Origin: Terrimicrobiaceae bacterium
Lineage (GTDB): Bacteria > Verrucomicrobiota > Verrucomicrobiia > Chthoniobacterales > Terrimicrobiaceae
Assembly (NCBI GenBank): GCA_041752695.1
Contig: JBGSVZ010000079.1
Span: forward strand, 1-62,482
Reading direction: 5' to 3'
DNA: 62,482 bases
Position numbers and translations under genes: made by a program. This document shows, one piece after another, positions 40,005 to 49,475 of this stretch; position 1 is the first letter of the stretch, and every line of letters begins with the position of its first letter. Below the pieces are notes generated by a model that was not told the origin of the DNA, did not search any database, and saw nothing but the letters and a program-made list of their open reading frames with translations.

Positions 40005-42131
40005 ATGAAAATCCTGACTGTGCTCACCGCCCTGAGTCTGCCGACCGCCCTCTTCGGACAGGCGACATCGGACCTGCAAACTTCCGCTTACCGCAACAGC
40101 ATCGCGCAAGACGAAGTGCGCAAACAGGCGGAGGATGTGCGTCAGCAGCTGGCCCTGCTCCTCGAGGATATTCAGCAAAATCAATTCGACACCCCGGAAG
40201 CCGATCTGGCCCGCCGCGCGGCGGCTAAGCTTGACAGTTTGGGCGATGAACAGATTGCGCCGCTCATTCAAATGCTGAAAGAGGCGGGTGCGATGGAAAA
40301 CGCCACCCAGGTCCAGGGGAGACTTTCGGCAGCGAGCAAGGAGCAAAAAAACATCCAAGTGTTGCTCAAAGCCATGGCTGACGGACTTTCTCTGCACAAG
40401 GATCAGGCTTCCCTTCAGCAACGGATCCAGCAACTTATTCTCCGACAGACGACGAATTTGCGGCAGACCCAGGATATTGCCGCAACGGGCAAGCCGGTCG
40501 AGATAGCCAGCCTTTGCCAGGCCGAACAATCCGCGCTTCGTCAGGAAGTGGATCTCACTTTGGAAACCCTGCAAAAGGTGGTGGATGCCTCGCCTGCCGA
40601 CGGCCTGGGTAAATTTTCCGAGGCGCTCGCCGCCATGAAAACCCAGGGTGTTCCCGCCCTGGCAGCGACGGCGTCCGATGAGACCGCTGCGGGAAAATTT
40701 CCGGCCGCGGTGGCTTCGCAGGGCCGGTTGAAAGCGGCGCTCCAAGTGGTGCTGATGGCCTTGAAGTCTAATCAGTCGGTGCTCGAACAGGCCCGGGCCA
40801 TGGCGGAGAAGATGAAGGAATTGGCGGCGGAACAAAAGGCGCTGGCTGAAGCGACGGCCAAGGCACCCGAAGCCGCGCAAAAGGATTTGCGCGAGGCGCA
40901 ACGCCAGGTGGCGGACAAACTCGCGGCTGTACAGAAGGAAGTGCAGGATATCAACGCGGGTGCGGCCGAAGAGTCTCAGAAGGCTGCCGAGGCGATGAAA
41001 AAAGCCGCGGACGACCTCATGACGGAAAAGAAGGATTCGAAGGACAAGGTGGCCGCCGCGCAGAAAGATGCCGCCGAAAAGCTGGAGAAGGCTGGCGAGG
41101 AATTGGCGAAATCCGCCGAAAAACTTGCCGACGACAAAGCTCCGCAGAATGCCGCCCAGGCCGCCGCCGAACTTGCCCAGCTTTCCCAGAAGATTGCGGA
41201 AGCCCAAGCGGAACAGAACGCCCAGGCGACCAATCCGACGCCGAATCCCGCGCAGCAGGAAAAGCAGGCGGAGAAAGCTCAGCAACTTCAGCAGGATGCG
41301 CTTCCGACCAACCCCGAGGCCGCCAAGAGTCTGGGTGAGGCTGCGGCCAAGATGCAGGAGAACAAACCTCAGGAGGCTTCCCAGGCCCTGGCAGAGGCCA
41401 ACGCCGAAATCCAGAAGCAGATGCAGGCCGTGGCCCAGGCTGCCGCAAAGGAGCAACAGCTTCAGGCGGTGAACAAGGAGATTGCCGAAGCCAAGGCCGC
41501 CGCCGACCAGGCCCAGAAGAGCCTGCAAGCCAGTAAGCCCGGCGAAGCCCAGATGGATGCCATCAAAAAGACCGAGGACGCGCAAAAGAGCCTGCAGGAA
41601 GCCCAGCAAGCCGCCGCGGCGGCGGGGGCTCCCGCCGATGTCAAACAGGCGCTTCAACAGGCCCAACAATCCCTGGAAAAATCCAAAATGGATGCCGCCC
41701 AAATGAAAAAGGATGCGGCGGCCTCGGCCAATTCCAACGCGCAAAAAAACATGCAAAGCGCGATGCAGACGCTGCAGAAATCCATGGCCGAAGCGCTGGC
41801 CAAAGCTTCGCCTGCGCAGCAAAAGGACGGCGAGCAACAAACGGGTGAGGCGATGGCCCAGCAGCAGAGCGGTGCGCAGAAACCCGCCGCCAAAGCTCTC
41901 CAGTCCGGGGGTGGCATGGATGGACTCAAGGGTGACGACGCCCTCAAGTTCATTGGCGGAAGCGGCGCAACAGGAACTGCCGGCCAGGTCGCGGCGGGAT
42001 TGACACCGAAAGACCGTGAAGGCGTTGCCCTCCTGCAAAAGGAAAAAGCGCCTTCGGAATACCAGGGCATGGCCGGGCAGTATCTGAAAAATCTCGCCGC
42101 AGGTGAAACTCCGGCCACGCCATTGCGATAG
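40005..42131 (+). CDS. Secreted long Ala/Gln/Lys-rich coiled-coil protein
   Basis: Signal peptide, heptad helices, C-terminal PSEYQ...QYLKNLA. Confidence 0.8.
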   Translation: MKILTVLTALSLPTALFGQATSDLQTSAYRNSIAQDEVRKQAEDVRQQLALLLEDIQQNQFDTPEADLARRAAAKLDSLGDEQIAPLIQMLKEAGAMENATQVQGRLSAASKEQKNIQVLLKAMADGLSLHKDQASLQQRIQQLILRQTTNLRQTQDIAATGKPVEIASLCQAEQSALRQEVDLTLETLQKVVDASPADGLGKFSEALAAMKTQGVPALAATASDETAAGKFPAAVASQGRLKAALQVVLMALKSNQSVLEQARAMAEKMKELAAEQKALAEATAKAPEAAQKDLREAQRQVADKLAAVQKEVQDINAGAAEESQKAAEAMKKAADDLMTEKKDSKDKVAAAQKDAAEKLEKAGEELAKSAEKLADDKAPQNAAQAAAELAQLSQKIAEAQAEQNAQATNPTPNPAQQEKQAEKAQQLQQDALPTNPEAAKSLGEAAAKMQENKPQEASQALAEANAEIQKQMQAVAQAAAKEQQLQAVNKEIAEAKAAADQAQKSLQASKPGEAQMDAIKKTEDAQKSLQEAQQAAAAAGAPADVKQALQQAQQSLEKSKMDAAQMKKDAAASANSNAQKNMQSAMQTLQKSMAEALAKASPAQQKDGEQQTGEAMAQQQSGAQKPAAKALQSGGGMDGLKGDDALKFIGGSGATGTAGQVAAGLTPKDREGVALLQKEKAPSEYQGMAGQYLKNLAAGETPATPLR

Positions 42132-42937
42132 TGGGGGTTCCGCGATTTATCGCTGGATTCGTCGCCATCGGCCTGGTCGTTTCTGCGAATAGTTTTGCTG
42201 AAGAGGCCGGGGCGTTTGGACGGAGGGAGAACCGCGACGCGGGTCTGATTGGCATCCTTTACGATTTTAAGCAGACGCAAAAACGCCAGCCGACCGGTGT
42301 CAAACCCGACAGCTATACGGGGATCGTCGGCGAGTTTCTCAACAAGGATTGGAGCGAGTCGGTGCTCAACCGGTATTTCCGCGCCACGCGTCCGCTTTAC
42401 GCCACGCAGATCTTCATGCCTCTAATGGATGCCGGCCGCGCTCCCAAGGCTTTTGAGATGGAAAAGGTCATCAAACCGTCCGTCTGGGTCGTCTATTATA
42501 AAGGCCAGGTGTCGCCGCCTGAAGATGGCAACTACCGCTTTGTGGCTTACGCCGATGACGTTGTTGTGGTCGCGGTCAATGGCAAAACCGTCCTGGTGGG
42601 TGGTCGCCCTGATGCCACCAAGCAATTGAAAATGTGGACTCCGCCCGAGCAGGGCGCGAAGATTCCGGCGGCCAATGGGGCGCTTCTTTACGGGGACTGG
42701 ATGACGCTGAAAAAAGATGAACCCGTCGACCTGGATGTCTTGGTCGGCGAACGTCCCGGTGGTTCTTTCTGCGCGTTTCTCCTCTACGAAAAGCAGGGTG
42801 CGGAATATCCCAAAACCGAGACGGGTGTAACCCGCTTGCCCCTTTTTCAACTTGCCCCTTACCAAACCCCCGTCGGCAAACCCAAGGATGAACCTCCTTT
42901 TTCCGAGGCTCCCGTCGTTTGGAAAGGGTATCAGTAG
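42131..42937 (+). CDS. Secreted PA14-like domain protein
   Basis: Signal peptide; YKGQVSPPEDGNYRFVAYADD..VAVNG. Confidence 0.7.
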   Translation: MGVPRFIAGFVAIGLVVSANSFAEEAGAFGRRENRDAGLIGILYDFKQTQKRQPTGVKPDSYTGIVGEFLNKDWSESVLNRYFRATRPLYATQIFMPLMDAGRAPKAFEMEKVIKPSVWVVYYKGQVSPPEDGNYRFVAYADDVVVVAVNGKTVLVGGRPDATKQLKMWTPPEQGAKIPAANGALLYGDWMTLKKDEPVDLDVLVGERPGGSFCAFLLYEKQGAEYPKTETGVTRLPLFQLAPYQTPVGKPKDEPPFSEAPVVWKGYQ

Positions 42938-43044
42938 TCGGTGTCCGGCCATCGCGGGCGCCTTGTTTTTGCGAGCCGGTTCGGGCGCGAACGCGGTATT
43001 TGCGTTGAATTTGGGAGCCGTCCGGCGTTTAACTTTCCGGCACC

Positions 43045-43314
43045 ATGAAATCTCCCTTCGCCACCTCCCCAGTTTCGCTTCACGTCCGGAATGCACGCCG
43101 CCTCTGGAAGGCCTCGTTGTTGGCAGGCGTTTTCGGTCTCCTTTTGCTCGCTCCGGCGGAGGCTCAGACGCCCCGCGTGGAGTATCGGGTGGTCAGTGCC
43201 AAGCTGAATCTCCGTCCGCTCGAGCAAATGCTGAATGCCGAGGCCTCCCGTGGCTGGGAACTTGTGCAGATTACGGACCGTGGGATGGCGATTTTCAAAA
43301 GAAAAGCCCGCTAG
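43045..43314 (+). CDS. Small secreted protein, DUF4177-like
   Basis: EYRVV...LEQMLN...GWELV...IFKR. Confidence 0.6.
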   Translation: MKSPFATSPVSLHVRNARRLWKASLLAGVFGLLLLAPAEAQTPRVEYRVVSAKLNLRPLEQMLNAEASRGWELVQITDRGMAIFKRKAR

Positions 43315-43427
43315 TCCGTCCGGCGTAGCTGGGCGAAAAATTTCCCGCCCCGGAGTCTGCCTTTGCGGCACCCGGAAAATAAGCAAAGGATTCCAAGCTA
43401 TTTCGCCAAAGTGGCCTACGGTAGGTC

Positions 43428-43622
43428 ATGTCCGATCCCCGTAACGTTGCTCACGACAAGAAAGTCATTCACGAAAAGCAGAAACAAGGCGAGGACCTGA
43501 CCGATGGCGCAGCGCACGTTCCGCAGCCGGGAAAAAAAACTCCCCGTGAGCAGCCTCACGGTGCGCAGGAGGAGACCGGGGCGGAAGAATCCGGCGAGGC
43601 TGAACCCAAAGACCAGGATTGA
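43428..43622 (+). CDS. Small hydrophilic hypothetical protein
   Basis: 64-aa ORF whose stop overlaps the TTG start of the next gene. Confidence 0.45.
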   Translation: MSDPRNVAHDKKVIHEKQKQGEDLTDGAAHVPQPGKKTPREQPHGAQEETGAEESGEAEPKDQD

Positions 43623-44752
43623 TTCTGGAAACTTTTCCCACGACGCCTCTTCGCATTGGCGCCCTCGGCGCGGGGGGCTTCGGGCTCTTTGCCCTGCAAC
43701 AGTTTCTCCAAGCCCCGAACGTGCAGCTCTTGGCCATGGCCGGGACGCATCGCGAGGCGGCGCTGGCCATGATGCGTCGCTTCGGAGTTTCCGACGTGGT
43801 CGAGGAAGCGGCGTTGCTGGCGAATCCGGAGGTGGATCTCGTGTACATTGCGACACCTCCGTTTCTCCATTACCGGCAGGCCCGCGCGGCGCTTCTGGCG
43901 GGAAAACACGTCATTTGTGAAAAGCCGCTGGCCCTTACGGTGGCCGAGGCGGATGAACTCGTCGGCATCGCGCGACAGAGCGACCGGCTTTGCATTGCGA
44001 ATCTCATGCAGCGGTACAATCCGTTGTTCGAGTCCGTCCGCCAGTTGATGGACTCCCGTGCCCTCGGGGAGTTTTTGCACGGCTCGTTTGAAAACTTCGC
44101 CTCCGACGAAGGGCTTTCCCGCGAACATTGGTTTTGGGATCGCGAAAAAAGCGGAGGAATATTCATCGAACACGGGGTGCATTTTTTCGATCTCTTCGCG
44201 GGCTGGCTCGGGCAGGGCAAAGTCGTGGCCGCCCAGCGTGTGCTGCGCGATGGCTCCGGCATCGAAGAGCAGGTGCAGTGTGCCGTGCGATATCCGGGTG
44301 GGGCGTTGGTGAATTTCCACCACAGCTTCACGCAGCCCTCCCGCCTTGACCGGCAGGAGTTCCGGCTCAATTTCGAGCGCGGGGACCTTGTGCTCGAGGA
44401 ATGGGTGCCGGTCCGTGCCCGCATCCGCGGCGCGGTGAATGAAGAGCAGACGCGCACCCTGATGACGCTCTTTCCCGGCGGCACGCTGGATGTCCTGAAG
44501 ACCTTCGGGGGACACGACCGCGTCGCCCGGGGACGGCATAAGGACCTCGATCTTTCCCAGCAGATTGAACTCTGTGCGGGCGCAGACGGCGAAAAGATGC
44601 GCCGCTACTGCGAGCTCCTGCGTTCGCTTTTTGAAGATCAACTTGCCTGGCTGAAAGACCGCGGCCATTCCCGCAAGATCACCGAGCAAAACGGCCGCGA
44701 CTCACTGGCCCTTGCGGAGGCGGCGTCGTTTTTGGCGGAAAATTCCGACTAA
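43619..44752 (+). CDS. Gfo/Idh/MocA family oxidoreductase
   Basis: GAGGFG, VYIATPP, GKHVICEKP, SGGIFIEHGVHFFD. Confidence 0.92.
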   Translation: MILETFPTTPLRIGALGAGGFGLFALQQFLQAPNVQLLAMAGTHREAALAMMRRFGVSDVVEEAALLANPEVDLVYIATPPFLHYRQARAALLAGKHVICEKPLALTVAEADELVGIARQSDRLCIANLMQRYNPLFESVRQLMDSRALGEFLHGSFENFASDEGLSREHWFWDREKSGGIFIEHGVHFFDLFAGWLGQGKVVAAQRVLRDGSGIEEQVQCAVRYPGGALVNFHHSFTQPSRLDRQEFRLNFERGDLVLEEWVPVRARIRGAVNEEQTRTLMTLFPGGTLDVLKTFGGHDRVARGRHKDLDLSQQIELCAGADGEKMRRYCELLRSLFEDQLAWLKDRGHSRKITEQNGRDSLALAEAASFLAENSD

Positions 44753-45849
44753 TACTCGTGTTCCAGATCGGGGTGGTGACGGTCCGAAAACTTGCGGGAC
44801 TGCTTCTGATTGTCACGACGGGTGCGGCGTTCCACGGTCATCTGTCGCTTCTTTCGGTTTTTTCGCAGGAGTTCGATTTCTTTGTCGAGCTTGAGAAATC
44901 CGTCGAGGCGCTGGGCATCGAGGGTTTTGGCGGTGATGGCGGCCTGGATGGCGCAGCCTGCGTTGGTCGTGCCGTGCCGACAATCGGCAAATTTGCACCG
45001 TCCGGCCAGTTCTTCGAGATCGGCGAAACGGTCCCGCAGCGTGGCCTCGTCGGTCCACATGTGGACTTCGCGGACGCCCGGGTTGTCGATGATGATCCCG
45101 CCGGCACGTAAGACCATGAGTTCCCGCGCCGTGGTGGTGTGACGGCCCTTGCCCGTGTTGGCGTTGACCTCGTCGGTCCATTGGTATTCGTCACCCAGAA
45201 GATAGTTGATGACGGAGGATTTCCCCACGCCGCTGGAACCGACAAAGGTCAGGGAGACTCCCCGTTTGAGATAGGTCCGCAGAACTTTTAGCGAAGCCTT
45301 TTTCGTCACGGTGGTCAGATGGACGTCCGCTTCGGGGTTCAGCGCCCGGATTGCGTCCAAGGCGGTCTGATTCTGTTTTTCGGAAAAAAGATCCGCCTTG
45401 TTGACGAGAACGACAGCCTTGGCGTGGCTGCGGCCAATGATGGCAAAGTAGCGTTCCATGCGCCGGACGTTGAAGTCCGACCCGGCGTCGGTGACCACCA
45501 CGACCACGTTGATATTTGCCGCGATCACCTGTTCCTCCGTGCTGCGACCGGAGGCTTTGCGAGACAGATAGGCCTGTCGTGGAAGGCGGTAGCGAATGAC
45601 ATGCTCGTGGTCCTCGTCGCCAATCTCCAGAGCCACCCAGTCGCCGACCGCGGGAAGGTCGGCATCGGTTTCCGCATCGTGGTAGACCTTCCCGCTCATC
45701 ACGACCTCCCGCTCCTCCCCATCGCCGGTGAGGGCCCCATAGGTGATTTTGTTGTCGCGGATCAATCGCGCGGGCACCCAGCCCTTGCCTTCGCAGGCTG
45801 ACCAGGCCGCGGCAAAATCCGCATTCCAGCCGAGGTCTTCCAGGGTCAT
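44749..45849 (-). CDS. rsgA: Small ribosomal subunit biogenesis GTPase
   Basis: NKAD, GSSGVGKSS, GRHTTT, DNPG, CKFADCRH...C. Confidence 0.95.
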   Translation of the reverse strand: MTLEDLGWNADFAAAWSACEGKGWVPARLIRDNKITYGALTGDGEEREVVMSGKVYHDAETDADLPAVGDWVALEIGDEDHEHVIRYRLPRQAYLSRKASGRSTEEQVIAANINVVVVVTDAGSDFNVRRMERYFAIIGRSHAKAVVLVNKADLFSEKQNQTALDAIRALNPEADVHLTTVTKKASLKVLRTYLKRGVSLTFVGSSGVGKSSVINYLLGDEYQWTDEVNANTGKGRHTTTARELMVLRAGGIIIDNPGVREVHMWTDEATLRDRFADLEELAGRCKFADCRHGTTNAGCAIQAAITAKTLDAQRLDGFLKLDKEIELLRKNRKKRQMTVERRTRRDNQKQSRKFSDRHHPDLEHEY

Positions 45850-46469
45850 GCCATCATATCCCCGGGCTCTGTGGGATCGGCGGTGACCGCGCTGTGAATG
45901 AGGCCGAGAATTTCGGTGCGGCCCTTGCCATCCTTGGAAGAACTGACCAGCACGGTGGGTTCATCCGGCGTGATTTCCTTCAACCGGCCCAGGAACGCCG
46001 CGATGTTGGTCTGCGTGGCGCTTGGAGAAAGTTTGTCAGCTTTGGTAAAAATCAGGGCCACAGGCAGTCCGGTTTCCACCATCCAGCGAAGGAACGCGAG
46101 GTCGATCTCCTGGGGCGTGAGCCGGGTGTCGATCAGGACAAACGTGCACTGTAAATTTGGCCGGTGTTTGAGATATTCCGCGATCACCGCGCTGAACTTC
46201 GCGCGTTCCTTCCGGCCTACCTTGGCGTAGCCATAGCCGGGAAGATCCACCAGGGTCCACTTTTTGTTGATGGTGAAAAAATTGATCAACCGCGTCTTGC
46301 CCGGCGTGGCGGAGACCCGCGCCAGACCCGAGACCCGGGTGAGCATGTTGACGAGGGATGATTTGCCGACGTTCGAGCGTCCGATGAAGGCGAACTCGGG
46401 AAGATCGGAGTCCGGGCAGGATGCCAGATCCGGTGCGCTGGCTTGCAATTCGGCGATTCGGATGTTCAT
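45846..46469 (-). CDS. yihA: Ribosome biogenesis GTP-binding protein YihA/YsxC
   Basis: GRSNVGKSS, PGKT, DLPGYGYA, TKADK. Confidence 0.96.
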   Translation of the reverse strand: MNIRIAELQASAPDLASCPDSDLPEFAFIGRSNVGKSSLVNMLTRVSGLARVSATPGKTRLINFFTINKKWTLVDLPGYGYAKVGRKERAKFSAVIAEYLKHRPNLQCTFVLIDTRLTPQEIDLAFLRWMVETGLPVALIFTKADKLSPSATQTNIAAFLGRLKEITPDEPTVLVSSSKDGKGRTEILGLIHSAVTADPTEPGDMMA

Positions 46470-46589
46470 CGATTTGGGACAGGCCGGAAAATCATTCCCC
46501 GGAGCAAGGGCAAAGCTGTGTTCATGCGTTTGGGCAGCCTAGTGGGTCCGTCCTCCGCAGGGGAGAAGGAAAGTGCGAGCGATCCCACC

Positions 46590-47654
46590 TCATTCCGGGA
46601 GCGCGGCCATCGTGGCATTGCCGGAAAAAACCGGAGTGCCTTCATGGACGGAAAGGGCGCACGAGCCCTCGCCAATCCCGTGCTTGCCGCGCTGCGCCAC
46701 GGGGAGCGGAGCGGCTTTGTCATTGGCCGGTAGCGCGACAATGGCGGCTTTGGCAAAGGTCATCCTCAGGGTGTTGACTGGGGAAGCCACGGCGAAGTCC
46801 ATGTCGCCGGCGGGAATGGTGACGGTGAGCTCCTCGCCGGTTTTGTTGACGAGCGCGAGCCGAAGTTGGCGGCCAGCAGACCCCGGAACGGCTTCAATCT
46901 CCAGGCCCACCAAGCCTGCCTTGAAGGCGGATGAGAGGCTGACCATGGAAGGTACAGTGACGTCCCCGACCGCCGGGGGAGGGGGGACAATGGCGGTCCC
47001 GCCATTGAGAGGGTTCAGCCCGATGCCCTGCAAGAGCATTTCAAAATCTGTGACCTTCTGTCCGTCGTTCCGAGTCACTTTGGCGACCTGCTTCACGATG
47101 GCAAAGGGCACGCTGGCATCAAGCCACAGTTGGCCGCTTTCCACGGTGGGTTCCGGGCCGCCGGTCTTTACCGAATACGCATAACGGTCACACGTGCGTT
47201 CGCCGATTTTTTCCGTGACCTCAAAAGTCACGGCGTCCCGGAAATCCTTGGAGCCATCCTTGACCACGGCCAAGGTCGCCTCATCCACCGGCACATCGTT
47301 GCCGTTGTAGTTCAGGGACATTTCTTCCGTGAACTTGATATAACTTAACCCATCGCGATCCAGGTCGAAGGCTTTCGACTGGATGTGGGTGTTTTTCACC
47401 CGGGAATCTTTGCCTTCTCGTTCCAGGACCTTGATCCGCACGTCAATCGCCACGCGGTCGTTATTGTCCGGCAGTCGTTCGTACACGTAGGAGGATTTCG
47501 TGCCGTCCGAGTAGGTGAGCAAATAGTGGGCCCAAGCGCCGGGTTTTGTCGCGGTGAAATACGGAGATTTCAGGTCCCCGCTCCAGGCTGGCAGAGACGC
47601 AAGCAGGAGTCCCAAGGCGGCGAGCCGGAGGAAAAAACCGCGTGGTCCTGGCAT
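46590..47654 (-). CDS. Secreted two-domain hypothetical protein
   Basis: Signal peptide, Pro-rich linker, fills the gap downstream of rfaD. Confidence 0.7.
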   Translation of the reverse strand: MPGPRGFFLRLAALGLLLASLPAWSGDLKSPYFTATKPGAWAHYLLTYSDGTKSSYVYERLPDNNDRVAIDVRIKVLEREGKDSRVKNTHIQSKAFDLDRDGLSYIKFTEEMSLNYNGNDVPVDEATLAVVKDGSKDFRDAVTFEVTEKIGERTCDRYAYSVKTGGPEPTVESGQLWLDASVPFAIVKQVAKVTRNDGQKVTDFEMLLQGIGLNPLNGGTAIVPPPPAVGDVTVPSMVSLSSAFKAGLVGLEIEAVPGSAGRQLRLALVNKTGEELTVTIPAGDMDFAVASPVNTLRMTFAKAAIVALPANDKAAPLPVAQRGKHGIGEGSCALSVHEGTPVFSGNATMAALPE

Positions 47655-47675
47655 ACCTTTGTCGGAGTTGGGACG

Positions 47676-48707
47676 CTAAATCTCGCCGAGGCGCGCGCCG
47701 GTTTTGAGATAGTTCACCGCGTAGTCGCGCACGGCATCTTCCAACGCAGTGGTGGGCGGTTGGTAGCCGGTGGCACGGAGTTTTCCGATGTTGGCGCAGG
47801 TGTAATACTGGTATTGGTGCCGAATGCTTTCGGGCATTTCAATGAACTCGATCTCGGGCTGCAGACCGAGGGCGGAGAACAGGGCGTTGGCCAGGTCCAC
47901 CCAGGTGCGGGCCACGCCGGCCCCCAGGTTGTAAAGTCCACCCGCGGACTCTGTCTCGGCGAGATGGATGCTCATGGCCACGGCATCCTTCACGTAAACA
48001 AAGTCGCGTTGCTGTCCGCCGTCCGGGAACTCGGGCTTGTAGCTCTTAAAAAGCCGGATTTTTCCGGTCGAAACGATCTGCTCGTAAGCCTTGCAGACCA
48101 GGCTGCGCATGTCGCCCTTGTGGTATTCGTTGGGTCCGAAGACATTAAAATATTTCAGTCCGACAATCTCGGGAAGGATCTCCTCCTTCTGGGCGTAGAG
48201 GTCGAAAAGGTGCTTCGAGTAGCCGTAGAGATTGAGCGGACGGTACGCGTGGAGGTTCTCGGTGGTGTCGTCCATACCTGCGGCCCCATCGCCGTAGGTG
48301 GCGGCGGAGGAGGCGTAGACAAATCGCGTGCCGGCCGCCAGCGCCCATCGGCAGAGCGTCTTGGTGTAGGCGAAATTATTTTCCATCACGTAGGTCGCGT
48401 CGGTCACGGTGGTGGACGAACACGCCCCCAGGTGGAAGCAGGCGGCGAATTTCCCGAAATGGTCGGGGTCCCTCGCGAGGCTGGCAAGAAGCTGGTCGGC
48501 GGGGACGTAATCCTCAAATTCCAACGGTGCGAGGTTGCGCCATTTTTCGTCCGAACCGAGAAAATCCGTGGTGACGATCTGGGTGACCCCTCGCTGATTC
48601 AAGGCATGGACCAGGGCGCTGCCGATAAAACCCGCTGCACCCGTGACCAGGACGCGCGCCTTGGGATGGAGAAGGGTTTCCTGTTTCTTTTTCGGAGGTT
48701 TGGTCAT
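47676..48707 (-). CDS. rfaD: ADP-L-glycero-D-manno-heptose 6-epimerase
   Basis: TGAAGFIGS, HLGACSSTT, YASSAATYG, PLNLYGYSK, YFNVFGPNEYHKG. Confidence 0.95.
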   Translation of the reverse strand: MTKPPKKKQETLLHPKARVLVTGAAGFIGSALVHALNQRGVTQIVTTDFLGSDEKWRNLAPLEFEDYVPADQLLASLARDPDHFGKFAACFHLGACSSTTVTDATYVMENNFAYTKTLCRWALAAGTRFVYASSAATYGDGAAGMDDTTENLHAYRPLNLYGYSKHLFDLYAQKEEILPEIVGLKYFNVFGPNEYHKGDMRSLVCKAYEQIVSTGKIRLFKSYKPEFPDGGQQRDFVYVKDAVAMSIHLAETESAGGLYNLGAGVARTWVDLANALFSALGLQPEIEFIEMPESIRHQYQYYTCANIGKLRATGYQPPTTALEDAVRDYAVNYLKTGARLGEI

Positions 48708-48742
48708 TGCGGAAAGGCAGAAGTTGGAAAGCGGAAGTGGCG

Positions 48743-49381
48743 CTACTTGGTTGGCCAGCCGAGGTCCTCGAAGGTCTCGTTGTACAGCGAGATGCTGTCG
48801 GGGAAAAACGTTTTGGCGCCTTTCAGATAATCGGAGGCCTTAGCCGTTTTGCCTTCCTTGCGTTCGACGGCGGCGTGGGCGTAATACCAGGCGGGGCCTT
48901 CGCCGGGGAACTTCATGCGCGAAGCCAGCTTGCGGGCGTCTTCGGTCTGCTCGGTCATGATCAAACTCAGGACCACCTTAAACTGGAGAAGTTCATTGCC
49001 GGGCGCGGAGCGTAGCATGTCGGCAAAAAATCCCAGCGCCTGAGGGTATTGTTTTTGCAGGAAAAGCAGCTCCCCGATGTTAAAACGGGCGGGGAAAAAG
49101 TTGGGATCCTGGGCGATGGCCCTTTCGAAATATCCCTTCGCGGCAGCGTAATCTTTTTTCTTCGTGTAGGCCGCGCCGATGAGATTGAGGATGAAGGGGG
49201 AGTTGGGTTCCTCCTTGTCCGCCTCCTGCAGAGTGGCCAACGCCTGGTCGTATTTCTTTTTCTCGAAGTCGGCCAAGGCTCGCTCGATGAGAGTGCCCCC
49301 GGTTTTTTCCTCCGGCTTGTTGCAGGAAAGCAGCGCAAGACTGGCGATTGCCGCCAGGCAGAGAAGAGGGAACCGGTTCAT
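48743..49381 (-). CDS. Tetratricopeptide repeat lipoprotein
   Basis: Lipobox LLSC, TPR-like helices. Confidence 0.8.
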   Translation of the reverse strand: MNRFPLLCLAAIASLALLSCNKPEEKTGGTLIERALADFEKKKYDQALATLQEADKEEPNSPFILNLIGAAYTKKKDYAAAKGYFERAIAQDPNFFPARFNIGELLFLQKQYPQALGFFADMLRSAPGNELLQFKVVLSLIMTEQTEDARKLASRMKFPGEGPAWYYAHAAVERKEGKTAKASDYLKGAKTFFPDSISLYNETFEDLGWPTK

Positions 49382-49475
49382 CACGTCGGGAGGATGCCGT
49401 GAACACCACCCAGGGGGCAACTGCAAATCACTCTTGTCCGTGCGGTTGACGGTCGGTAACCTTCGCGAGGTGACC

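Noticed and set aside
39897..42038. 713-aa Leu/Gly-rich minus-strand ORF
   Set aside because: Mirror of the Ala/Gln/Lys-rich coiled-coil gene.
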